DNA of 52,354 nt from IMG/VR virus record IMGVR_UViG_3300026320_000002; one strand, 5' to 3'. Each line of letters opens with the position of its first letter. Positions within the stretch are counted from its first letter, which is position 1. The notes under the pieces are model-generated. The model was not told the origin of the DNA and made no database searches. It worked only from the letters and a program-made list of their open reading frames with translations. Shown one piece after another: positions 42,173-49,539 of the stretch. Both the position numbers and the translations under genes were made by a program. The DNA comes from a virus.

Positions 42173-42203
42173 GGTTGACACACGTCACCAAATCTCCTAT
42201 AAG
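42173..42203 (+). promoter_or_regulatory. Rightward promoter PR: -35 TTGACA (42175-42180), 17-nt spacer, -10 TATAAG (42198-42203), overlapping the imperfect palindrome GGTTGACA-CA-CGTCACC
   Basis: Both hexamers are near consensus. The -10 ends 5 nt before the ATG at 42209, which implies a leaderless mRNA. Confidence 0.65.
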
Positions 42204-42208
42204 GCCGC

Positions 42209-42418
42209 ATGGGAATCCTCGAGCAGCACCTCAAGGCCAAAAAGCTCTCGGCCTCCGAGCTCTCACGGCGCGCCGGGATCTCCCGCTCCGCCCTGAGCCG
42301 TTACCTTTCGGGCGAGCGCATCCCCACCGTGGAGGCACTGCAGCGCCTGGCGAAGGCCACGCGCATCCCGATCTCCAAGCTGGCGCGAAATTTCTCTTAT
42401 CTCTCAACACAGGAGTAG
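42209..42418 (+). CDS. XRE-family helix-turn-helix transcriptional regulator, a candidate repressor or Cro-like switch protein
   Basis: 69 aa. LSASELSRRAGISRSALSRYLSGERIPTVEALQRLAKAT is a classic HTH_3 pattern. There is no room for a 5' leader or SD. Confidence 0.8.
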   Translation: MGILEQHLKAKKLSASELSRRAGISRSALSRYLSGERIPTVEALQRLAKATRIPISKLARNFSYLSTQE

Positions 42419-42423
42419 TGGAC

Positions 42424-42810
42424 ATGGCGAGACCCTTTTTCGAGACCCTGCGCGAGCTGCGCAGCGGATTGACACTGGATGAGCTGACTTCCGCCCTGGC
42501 CGAAGTGGTCGCGGCGGTGAAGGGCTCGGGCAAGGCCGGTGAGATCCAGCTGCGCCTGAAGATCAAGCCGCCCAAGAAGGGTGGGACCTCGTATCTGCTG
42601 ATCGAGGATGCGATCCTGGTCAAGGCGCCGCGGAACGACCGTGGCGATACGATCTTCTTCCCGCTCGCGGACAATTCGCTCTCGAGGCTCGATCCAGCCC
42701 AGCGCCAGCTGGAGCTCACGGTGATCGAGAGCGAGGAGCAGAAGCTGGAGCGGGCGGCTCGCGCCGCGGCGCAGATCGGTGGGCAGCCTGAAGCTGGGAG
42801 GATCGCATGA
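42424..42810 (+). CDS. Hypothetical protein
   Basis: 128 aa from ATG 42424 (MARPFFETL) with SD aggagtagtggacATG. Confidence 0.6.
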   Translation: MARPFFETLRELRSGLTLDELTSALAEVVAAVKGSGKAGEIQLRLKIKPPKKGGTSYLLIEDAILVKAPRNDRGDTIFFPLADNSLSRLDPAQRQLELTVIESEEQKLERAARAAAQIGGQPEAGRIA

Positions 42811-43655
42811 TGGACGGCGACGCAATGAATAGCATCATCACCGCGCTGCGCAGCGTGCAGCCGGTTATGGCCGATGACACCAAGCCCGGCACGCCGACCC
42901 ATGGGTTCGTGGCGCTCCCGGAAGGGTACGCGCTGGCGGACGTCGTGCCGTTCCTGCCGCCGCCGCCGTGGATCCGCCAGGAGGTGGAACTCACGCACCC
43001 GGATAGCTTCTGTGAGTACGTGTTGCGCTTCAAATCCGAGGTGAGCGTGGTATTTGCCGACGAGACTGCAGGCCAATTCGCGGCGGTGCTGGACTATCAC
43101 GCCGCGCCCGCGGAGGACGTGATCGGCAAGATCCCCAGCCCGCGCGGGCGTGACGAGCACGTGGCGCGTTACAAGTGCCCGCTGACCGACAACTGGACCC
43201 AGTGGATGGAAGCGGATCAGAAGGCCTTCACCCAGGTGCAGCTCGCCCGGTTCATCGAGCGCAACCTGCTCGACATCTTCCAGCCCAAGGGCGCGGACAT
43301 GATGCAGCTGGCGCTCAGCCTCGAGGTGCACAAGACCGCGAAGTTCGAGAGCGAGATCCGCCTCGGCAACGGGCAGCGCCAGTTTCGCTACTCCGAGGAG
43401 GTCCGCGGGGCGACCAAGGCGGGGGACATCACGATCCCGGATCTGTTCGTGCTCAAGCTCCCGATCTTCCTGGACGGGCCCCTGCACGAGATCCTGGCCC
43501 GCTTTCGCTACAGCTTGAGGGACGGCGTGCTGACGCTGTCCTACGAGCTGGTGAACCCGCAGGAGGCGTTCAGGCAGGCGGCCAAGCAGGTGACGGGGAT
43601 TATCAAAGCAGGCCTGCCCGGCGTCCCGCTGTGGCTCGGCTCGAGGGGAGGCTGA
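42807..43655 (+). CDS. DUF2303 (YfdQ-like) protein
   Basis: 282 aa with an ATGA overlap. W..W...FTQVQLARFIERN...FESEIRLGNGQRQFRYSEE...ITIPDLFVLKLPIF...ARFRYSL fits my recollection of DUF2303. Confidence 0.6.
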   Translation: MMDGDAMNSIITALRSVQPVMADDTKPGTPTHGFVALPEGYALADVVPFLPPPPWIRQEVELTHPDSFCEYVLRFKSEVSVVFADETAGQFAAVLDYHAAPAEDVIGKIPSPRGRDEHVARYKCPLTDNWTQWMEADQKAFTQVQLARFIERNLLDIFQPKGADMMQLALSLEVHKTAKFESEIRLGNGQRQFRYSEEVRGATKAGDITIPDLFVLKLPIFLDGPLHEILARFRYSLRDGVLTLSYELVNPQEAFRQAAKQVTGIIKAGLPGVPLWLGSRGG

Positions 43656-43656
43656 G

Positions 43657-44097
43657 ATGTCAGAACCCGGAAACCGACCACCGCCTGACCTGGCCGCCGA
43701 GGCCGCGAGCGCGGGCGATGAGGTCGCCCGACCCAGCGTAGAACAACTGGAGCGAATCCTGGGAAGGGACCACGGAGGCACGTGCGGCGCCGCGGCTGAA
43801 CCAGCCAAGGAGCCGACCAGGATCATGGTAGCGCTCAGCTCGCAAGCGGCCGAAACATTGCGCGCCCTGTTCTTTCACGGGCCAACCTGGGATGGGTACG
43901 TGCCCAGCAAAACCGGGCGCGACGAGCTCGTGGATCTCCAGCTGGTCGCCCGAGGCCGCGGTTGGCAGTGGCTCACGCGCACCGGCGTCGAGGCGTGCCT
44001 GAACGCTGGGCTCGAGCGGGAGAAGGTATCGAGAGAGTTCCGCGAGCGCGACAGGCGCTCGAAGCTCGAGGATGCAGCGCGGCAGATCTTGAGTTGA
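43657..44097 (+). CDS. Hypothetical protein
   Basis: 146 aa with high GC3. Confidence 0.55.
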   Translation: MSEPGNRPPPDLAAEAASAGDEVARPSVEQLERILGRDHGGTCGAAAEPAKEPTRIMVALSSQAAETLRALFFHGPTWDGYVPSKTGRDELVDLQLVARGRGWQWLTRTGVEACLNAGLEREKVSREFRERDRRSKLEDAARQILS

Positions 44098-44202
44098 GGG
44101 GGAAAAGCCCCGGGGTGTGTGGCCAGTCCCCACCCCGGGACCTAGAGGTGCCCGAGTCACGAGGGCCGGGCATGGCTTCTCCGTAGAACGAGTCTAGCAA
44201 GC

Positions 44203-44211
44203 TGTGGATAA
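44203..44211. promoter_or_regulatory. Perfect DnaA-box 9-mer (TGTGGATAA, the complement of TTATCCACA)
   Basis: Read directly from aagcTGTGGATAActtg. It lies in the ORF-free island next to the AT-rich tract cttgaaaaagaaaag. Confidence 0.4.
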
Positions 44212-44294
44212 CTTGTGAAGTGCGAGGAAGAACAATGAGATGGCGGTCTCAGGAGCTCCTGGCTGCGCCAGTCTGGGCTGCGTTAAAGCTCTTG

Positions 44295-44323
44295 AAAAAG
44301 AAAAGCCACCAGATTATGGTGGC
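44295..44323 (-). terminator. Minus-strand rho-independent terminator inside the ORF-free island
   Basis: On the minus strand: GCCACCA-taatc-TGGTGGC followed by TTTTCTTTTT. The plus strand has no U-tract after the hairpin. Confidence 0.6.
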
Positions 44324-44640
44324 TCTCCTCGGTCCGTTGAAGGCGGATTCGGGCATTGTGGCGAGTAGTGGATTCGCCGGCGCCCTCCTAGTTCGCTGGC
44401 ATTTTACCCCGAAAGTTCCTTGCTCCGCAACGCCTTGCACGCTCCGAGCGTCAGTGCTGCGTGAAGCTGTCGGCCGAAACCGGCCAGTCGCACTCAAACG
44501 GTTATCCCGGGTAAAGCTGAGCCCATTGCTTCCCGGTCGTAGTGGAACCGCCTGGGGCGGCCGCAGAAAAGCGGAGGGGACCCGAGTAGCCTGGAAGGCG
44601 GCCGCCGACCATGGGGAAAGGGCGATAGCTTTGAGCAACA
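44295..44640 (-). ncRNA. Candidate minus-strand non-coding RNA of up to ~350 nt, ending at the 44295-44323 terminator; the 5' end is unknown
   Basis: No frame has coding-like GC3. There are several GC hairpins (GGCCG-aaac-CGGCC and two GGCGGCCGC palindromes). The terminator orientation implies leftward transcription. Confidence 0.3.
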
Positions 44641-44650
44641 GGAGCAGCGC

Positions 44651-44914
44651 ATGAGCCAGAAGGAACGGAGCCAGATCGAGAGCACCTACGGGCTCGATGG
44701 CAAGGCGGTAGCGGGCGGGAACGATCCAGGGGAGATCCGATTCGTGATCGGTGTTCGGGCCGATGGGATGATCTGCGTGGAGTTCGATCGGCCCTGCAAG
44801 TTCTTTGCCCTCGATGTGGAGAGCGCTGCTAAATTCGGGGTGGTGATGATCGATCACGCGCGCACCGCGCGCGCACTCAAGGGCGATCGAATCATGTTGC
44901 CGCGCGTCGGATGA
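44651..44914 (+). CDS. Hypothetical protein, paralogue of 47729..48019
   Basis: 87 aa with SD caggagcagcgcATG. GEIRFVIGVRADGMICVEFDRPCKFFALDVESAAKF is similar to GDIQFAIGAKAGRVMLDFGAPVFWMSMHPDQAAQI. Confidence 0.6.
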   Translation: MSQKERSQIESTYGLDGKAVAGGNDPGEIRFVIGVRADGMICVEFDRPCKFFALDVESAAKFGVVMIDHARTARALKGDRIMLPRVG

Positions 44915-45102
44915 CCCGCCAGGCGCCCAATTACTTCAGCTATCAGGCGCAGCGGCTCGCACCGCGCCGCGCGCCCGAGCCCTCGAGGCCGGCCACCGCC
45001 CAGGAGCTGCGCAACGAGCAAATCCAGGTCACCGAGGGCAAGGCTGGGGACACGTTCATCGGATTGCTGCGCCGCGCGTGGCACAAGGGCGTGGCGCCGT
45101 GA
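44911..45102 (+). CDS. Hypothetical protein
   Basis: 63 aa with an ATGA overlap. Confidence 0.45.
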   Translation: MTRQAPNYFSYQAQRLAPRRAPEPSRPATAQELRNEQIQVTEGKAGDTFIGLLRRAWHKGVAP

Positions 45103-45317
45103 CCGATCGCGTGAATGGGTTCACTGTCGTGCTCGAGCAGGACATGCGCGAGGACGATGTGGCGCAGATCATGGCCGCGGTGCTCCAGCTGCGCGGCGTG
45201 CTGACCATCACCAGCCAGGTGGTCACCAGCGACACCCTAGTGGCGTATGCGCGGGCGAGGCGGGAGCTCGGCGAAAAGCTACTGGCCGTGGTCTACCCGG
45301 AGCGGGTGGCGCCATGA
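45099..45317 (+). CDS. Hypothetical protein
   Basis: 72 aa from a GTG that overlaps the upstream stop (GTGA). Confidence 0.5.
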   Translation: MTDRVNGFTVVLEQDMREDDVAQIMAAVLQLRGVLTITSQVVTSDTLVAYARARRELGEKLLAVVYPERVAP

Positions 45318-45547
45318 CGGACGTCGATCTGCACATCGAGCTAGAGCGCATGGCTGAGGGCCTTGAAGACGCCGCCCGGGCGCGCACAGACATCGCTCGA
45401 GCGCTGCGATACCTGGACTCTCAACTGAATGAGGCGCTGGACATCCTCTCACTCGCGCTGCCCGGGCCGCGGCCCTGGTCGACGGAAAGCACGGCGGCGA
45501 AGCTGCGGACTTACCGCAATATGGCGCGCGAGCGGGTGTTGCCTTGA
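45314..45547 (+). CDS. Hypothetical protein
   Basis: 77 aa with an ATGA overlap. Confidence 0.5.
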   Translation: MTDVDLHIELERMAEGLEDAARARTDIARALRYLDSQLNEALDILSLALPGPRPWSTESTAAKLRTYRNMARERVLP

Positions 45548-45939
45548 ACGGCCGCGACGCGCTCGAGGCGCTGCTCGCCACCGCGATGAAACAGCGGGAT
45601 TACAGGCGGCCAGGTGAGGCCTGGCGGATGGCGCAGGTACTGTGCGAGATCATCTACGCCACGCTTCACCCACCGGGCAGCGCGACCTTCGCCAATCCGG
45701 GAGAGAGCCTGGACGAGCTAGTCCGGCGCACCGCAAAGCGCGGGCCCTACCCTGACATGCTGGTGCCCACGCACTGGACGATCGAGCCGGCTCTCCTCAA
45801 CGAACTGCAGCAGGCGGGCATTGTGGAGGTGGTTCGGATGGCCAAGCTGGCCCACTGGGTCGATGTCACCATGCGCGTCGACGGGCGCTACGTGGTCTAC
45901 CAGGCCGACTGGATCAAACACCTGCAGGGCGGCCCATGA
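45544..45939 (+). CDS. Hypothetical protein
   Basis: 131 aa with a TTG start that overlaps the upstream stop (TTGA). Confidence 0.5.
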   Translation: MNGRDALEALLATAMKQRDYRRPGEAWRMAQVLCEIIYATLHPPGSATFANPGESLDELVRRTAKRGPYPDMLVPTHWTIEPALLNELQQAGIVEVVRMAKLAHWVDVTMRVDGRYVVYQADWIKHLQGGP

Positions 45940-46187
45940 ACCTGCTGGACTTCACTTCCCGGCAATGCGAAGTAATCAAGCTACTCGCTGCGTGGAATGA
46001 CAACAAGAGCGTTGCACTCGCACTCGGCATATCGAAAAAGACGGCGGAGAAGCACCGTGCGCACATCTACGAGCGGGGAGGCTTTCGCAACGCCGTGGAC
46101 GTTACACTGTTCGCCTTCAGAAACGGCTTGTTCCCGGAGCCGCTGGTCTGCCCGAAGTGTGGGCATGACCTAATGGAGGTGCAATGA
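45936..46187 (+). CDS. LuxR/GerE-type HTH transcriptional regulator with a C-terminal CxxC
   Basis: 83 aa. FTSRQCEVIKLLAAWNDNKSVALALGISKKTAEKHRAHIYERGGFRNAVDVTLFAFRNGL, then CPKCGH. Confidence 0.7.
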   Translation: MNLLDFTSRQCEVIKLLAAWNDNKSVALALGISKKTAEKHRAHIYERGGFRNAVDVTLFAFRNGLFPEPLVCPKCGHDLMEVQ

Positions 46188-46579
46188 TTTACGGGGCCCA
46201 CGAGCTCGCGCGCTGGCCTGCAAGTGTGCAGATGGCCGATGGATCCTACGCGCCGGCGCGCCCGATCTGGAATACCTGGGGTCGGTGGCGTCACGCCTGG
46301 TGGGTACTGAGCGGGCGCTGCGATGCCCTGTGGTGGCCAGAGGACGGCAATCCCTACGGCGGTGTGTCCGTGACTATGGCTGGCCGGCGCACCCAGATCG
46401 TGAACGATGCACTCCTTCGACTCGGCTCGGCGCGGTGGGGCTGCGATGAATGTGGCGCGCGCTTGCCACGTGCGGTTCCTTGTCCGGATAGGACTTGCCT
46501 GCACCGAACGCTGACGGCGCGCCTTAGCCTGCACGATGAGGCCATGGACCTGATCGCGCGCCACGAGGGGAGAGCCTGA
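46184..46579 (+). CDS. Hypothetical Trp/Cys-rich protein
   Basis: 131 aa with an ATGA overlap. Confidence 0.5.
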   Translation: MIYGAHELARWPASVQMADGSYAPARPIWNTWGRWRHAWWVLSGRCDALWWPEDGNPYGGVSVTMAGRRTQIVNDALLRLGSARWGCDECGARLPRAVPCPDRTCLHRTLTARLSLHDEAMDLIARHEGRA

Positions 46580-46728
46580 TGGCAGGCAATCGTAGGCGCC
46601 GTGGCATGTCGGGGCCCGTGCACCCGGCCGGCTCCAAGCTCGTGCGCCGTTTCATCCGCGCCGCCAAAGGCGAGAACGTGGAATATCGCCGGCTCTACCT
46701 GGCGCTCACGGGCAAGGAGTTCGCCTGA
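46579..46728 (+). CDS. Small basic protein (49 aa)
   Basis: TGATG junctions at both ends. Below the track cutoff. Confidence 0.35.
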   Translation: MAGNRRRRGMSGPVHPAGSKLVRRFIRAAKGENVEYRRLYLALTGKEFA

Positions 46729-46904
46729 TGGTCTTCCACCTGAGCTGGGGCAAGTTCCTCGCGGGTCTGAGTTCCGAGCAGCTCGTAGGCCTGCGCTACT
46801 TCTCGGCGATGCGCCGTCACCAGAACCGCTCGAAGTACGCCCCGAAAAAGGATGAGGGTCAGCCCGGCTGGCGCCGCAGGCGCGCGCGAGCGGGGCAATT
46901 CTGA
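46728..46904 (+). CDS. Small basic protein (58 aa)
   Basis: TGATG junctions at both ends. Below the track cutoff. Confidence 0.35.
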   Translation: MVFHLSWGKFLAGLSSEQLVGLRYFSAMRRHQNRSKYAPKKDEGQPGWRRRRARAGQF

Positions 46905-47185
46905 TGGCGCTGCCGAGGACCGACGCCGAGCGCTCGGCAGCGCTCAAGGCTGTGGAGAGCACCCCGCCCGACTGGTTCGTGAAGGCTTACAGATCCTTCT
47001 GGCAGGAGGAAGTAAACAAGGGACCACCTCCGTTGCGGCCCTGGCCCTATCGCCTGTGGTGCGCCTTGCGTGGTCACTCGGCCACCTACCCGCTGCCAGG
47101 TCCCATTTACTTCGATGCACAAGGGCTGTGCAAAAACTGCGGGGCTAGAATCGTTCGGCGACGGCAGCGCGCGAAGCCGGGGTAG
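46904..47185 (+). CDS. Hypothetical protein
   Basis: 93 aa with a C-terminal CxxC (CKNCGARI). Confidence 0.5.
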   Translation: MALPRTDAERSAALKAVESTPPDWFVKAYRSFWQEEVNKGPPPLRPWPYRLWCALRGHSATYPLPGPIYFDAQGLCKNCGARIVRRRQRAKPG

Positions 47186-47343
47186 TTCTGAGGGGACCAT
47201 CCAAATTGGATACACCAGAGAGGGGGCTTAACCGCGGTGCAAACGCGGGGCGGAAAATACCTGCAACAGTGTGCGAGAGAGCTGTTGCCGTTGCCGGCCC
47301 GCGCGCAGCGGACACCGGAGGGACTCGCGCCGCCAGCCCCAGT

Positions 47344-47745
47344 TTGACTGAGCTGAGCTTCTACATCCCCTACCCGCCCAGCGTGAATGACATCTGGCGG
47401 CACACGAGCCGCGGCGTGTTCATCTCGGAGGTGGGCCTCGCGTATCGCAAGCAGTGCGGGATCCGGCTCATGCAGCAGAAGGTCCCGCGCTGGGATCGAG
47501 GGATCCGCGGGCGCCTTGGGCTTGAGATCATGGCGTTGCCACCGAAGCAGAAACGCAAGTTCCGCGACCTGGATAATCTCCTGAAGGCCTCCCTCGATGC
47601 GCTCCAGCACTGCGGGGTGATCGAAAACGATGGGCACTTCGATCGGATCGTCATTGAGCGCGGGGCAGTAGCGGACTTCGAGGTGGACGGAGTATTGTTC
47701 CTGCGCATTCGCCAGCTCGAGGTCCAACATGGCTCACCACGGTGA
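47344..47745 (+). CDS. rusA: RusA-family Holliday-junction resolvase
   Basis: IPYPPSVNDIWRH...ISEVGLAYRK...RKFRDLDNLLKASLDALQHCGVIENDGHF aligns by eye with E. coli RusA (PPSNNRYYRH...RRRDLDNLQKAAFDAL...DD). I chose the TTG 47344 start because GC3 is low in 47206-47300; the ORF-track start is 47206. Confidence 0.8.
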   Translation: MTELSFYIPYPPSVNDIWRHTSRGVFISEVGLAYRKQCGIRLMQQKVPRWDRGIRGRLGLEIMALPPKQKRKFRDLDNLLKASLDALQHCGVIENDGHFDRIVIERGAVADFEVDGVLFLRIRQLEVQHGSPR

Positions 47746-48019
47746 CACCGCACTCGGAGGCTTGCCCGAGGCGCTCAAGCGCATTTTCGAGCAGCAGCTC
47801 GTGGGTGCGACGGGGACCTGGTCGGAGGGGCAGTTCGGCCCTGGGGACGCTGGGGACATCCAGTTCGCGATCGGCGCGAAGGCGGGCCGGGTGATGCTGG
47901 ATTTTGGCGCCCCGGTGTTCTGGATGAGCATGCACCCCGATCAGGCCGCGCAGATCGCGCAGCACATCCTCGCCGCGGCCAACCAGGCCAAGGCACAGGC
48001 GCAACTGGGAGTAGGCTGA
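47729..48019 (+). CDS. Hypothetical protein, paralogue of 44651..44914
   Basis: 96 aa. It overlaps the end of rusA by 17 nt. Confidence 0.55.
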   Translation: MAHHGDTALGGLPEALKRIFEQQLVGATGTWSEGQFGPGDAGDIQFAIGAKAGRVMLDFGAPVFWMSMHPDQAAQIAQHILAAANQAKAQAQLGVG

Positions 48020-48375
48020 TGCGAACCTTGAGCGAACACGGGGACTCAGTCCTCAACAGCAAGCTGACCATCACCGTGATGGATGAGCAGGGGCCAGGCG
48101 GAGCGCATCACGACTACGAGCTCGCCGGCTTCGCCGGCGGTCCGCTTCGCATCCGCTTCCAGAACGGCGGGATCGCCGAGCAGGGGGCGAACGGGGTGAG
48201 CAACGAGGCGTTGCTCGTGATCGTGCTCGATCGATTGCGCAGCTTCCAGAAAGGCCCCTACGCCTGCAGGCCCAATGGAGCGGCGATCGAGGACATCGAG
48301 TACGCGCTCTCCGCACTCGAATCCCGGACCAAGGATCGGGTCGCACGCGGTGTGGAGGGTAGGACAATCCTCTGA
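48019..48375 (+). CDS. Conserved hypothetical phage protein
   Basis: 118 aa. FQNGGIAEQGANGVSNEALLVIVLDRLRSFQKGPYACRPNGAAIEDIEYALSALESRTKDRVARGVEG resembles a recurrent phage family, from memory. Confidence 0.55.
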   Translation: MRTLSEHGDSVLNSKLTITVMDEQGPGGAHHDYELAGFAGGPLRIRFQNGGIAEQGANGVSNEALLVIVLDRLRSFQKGPYACRPNGAAIEDIEYALSALESRTKDRVARGVEGRTIL

Positions 48376-48404
48376 GAGATGCGCGGTAGCGCACGCGCAA
48401 CCGA

Positions 48405-48434
48405 TTGACATAGCCGAGGGCCCGCGCCTATTGT
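48405..48434 (+). promoter_or_regulatory. Candidate promoter for the packaging and late genes: TTGACA, 18-nt spacer, TATTGT
   Basis: It lies in the 113-bp intergenic gap 48376-48488. Confidence 0.45.
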
Positions 48435-48488
48435 CGCGCCTGCGTTACCTTCAGAGGCGGGAGCTGACACCCGCACCGCAGGCATCCC

Positions 48489-48848
48489 ATGGCTACCCTT
48501 GCGACCGTCACCTCCTACGGGAATGTCGAGCAGTTCAACGGAGGTATCGGCGTCAATGCCGCTGACGTCGTCGTCCAGACCGGGGATGTCTCGCGCTTCG
48601 ACACCTTCATGGTCCGCAATGGGGCCGGCGCGGTGGAGATCGTGGCGAGCCTGGATGGCACGAACTACGATGCGCCACTCTCCCTCGATGACCTGGGCGC
48701 GACCACCTCCGCCCCGGTGATTGTCACGGTGGCTGGCCGCACCTATCGGGTCAGGGGCTCGTTCATGTTCCTCCGAGTGCGCCAGAACGGAGCGACGGCC
48801 GCGACCGGTGTGACGCTGCTGTGTGCCCGCCAGACCAAGGCCGGGTAA
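48489..48848 (+). CDS. Beta-sandwich-like protein, paralogous to the N-terminal domain of 2767..3738
   Basis: 119 aa. See the alignment given for 2767..3738. Confidence 0.55.
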   Translation: MATLATVTSYGNVEQFNGGIGVNAADVVVQTGDVSRFDTFMVRNGAGAVEIVASLDGTNYDAPLSLDDLGATTSAPVIVTVAGRTYRVRGSFMFLRVRQNGATAATGVTLLCARQTKAG

Positions 48849-49472
48849 ATGGCGCGCAAGCGCAGCCCGAGAGCCAAGCCGAAGATGACGGCCAAGCAGG
48901 AGCGCTTCGTCCAGGAGTATCTGCTGGACCTCAACGCCACCCAGGCGGCGATCCGCGCCGGCTACAAGGCGCACGCCGCATGCGCCACAGCATCGGAGAA
49001 CCTTAGAAAACCTCTCATCGCTGAGGCGATCGGCGCCGTGCAGGCCCAGCGCTCGGCTAAGTTCTCGATCGGATTGGATAATGTGCTGATCGAGCTCGCG
49101 CGCCTGGCCTTCTCCAACATGCAGGATTACAGCGCCGCGATCGACAGCGGCGATCTGGCTTCCCTGACGCGCGAGCAGGCTGCGGCAATTCAGGAGGTCA
49201 CGACAGAGAGCTATATGGTAGGCAAGGGCGATGAGGCCCGCGAGGTGAGGCGTGTCAAGCTCAAACTGGCCGAGAAGCGCGGTCCACTCACAGATCTGTG
49301 CAAGCACCTGGGCGGATTTATCGAGCGCTTTGCAGCGGTCAATCCCGACGGCACACCGGTACAACCGCCGGATGCCTCCGACAACGATCTGCCGCGGCGG
49401 ATCGCCTTTGCCCTCAGCAAGGGGCTGCGAGCGCGCACCGTGCTCAGTGAGAAGGATCCGATGACTCATTGA
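48849..49472 (+). CDS. terS: Terminase small subunit
   Basis: 207 aa. MTAKQERFVQEYLLDLNATQAAIRAGYKAHAACATASENLRKPLIAEAI is the Terminase_2 signature. Confidence 0.85.
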   Translation: MARKRSPRAKPKMTAKQERFVQEYLLDLNATQAAIRAGYKAHAACATASENLRKPLIAEAIGAVQAQRSAKFSIGLDNVLIELARLAFSNMQDYSAAIDSGDLASLTREQAAAIQEVTTESYMVGKGDEAREVRRVKLKLAEKRGPLTDLCKHLGGFIERFAAVNPDGTPVQPPDASDNDLPRRIAFALSKGLRARTVLSEKDPMTH

Positions 49473-49539
49473 AGGGGACCCGACCGGTCGGCCGGGAGCC
49501 GATCACTCCACCAGCAACAGCTACAAGCAGGAGATCACC

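Noticed and set aside
44109-44139. The hairpin CCCGGGGTG...CACCCCGGG after gene 43657..44097, considered as a plus-strand terminator.
   Set aside because: No U-tract follows it on the plus strand. I kept it only as a note within the island finding.
44140-44200. The tRNA-like string ggtgcccgagtcacgagggccgggc and the GGATTCG/CGAATCC motifs, considered as a tRNA or an attP tRNA fragment.
   Set aside because: I could not fold a cloverleaf. There is no GTTCGAATC-type T-loop with a 5-bp stem and no acceptor pairing, and no integrase is present.
44220-44857. The track ORFs 44220..44654 (+, 144 aa) and 44249..44857 (-, 202 aa) in the ORF-free island.
   Set aside because: They have low GC3, odd composition and no SD. 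The minus-strand ORF also overlaps the well-supported plus-strand gene 44651..44914.
47281-47297. The operator-like half-site GCTGTTGCCGTTGCCGG upstream of rusA.
   Set aside because: It is not palindromic and has no matching -35/-10 geometry. It is noted only as a weak resemblance.
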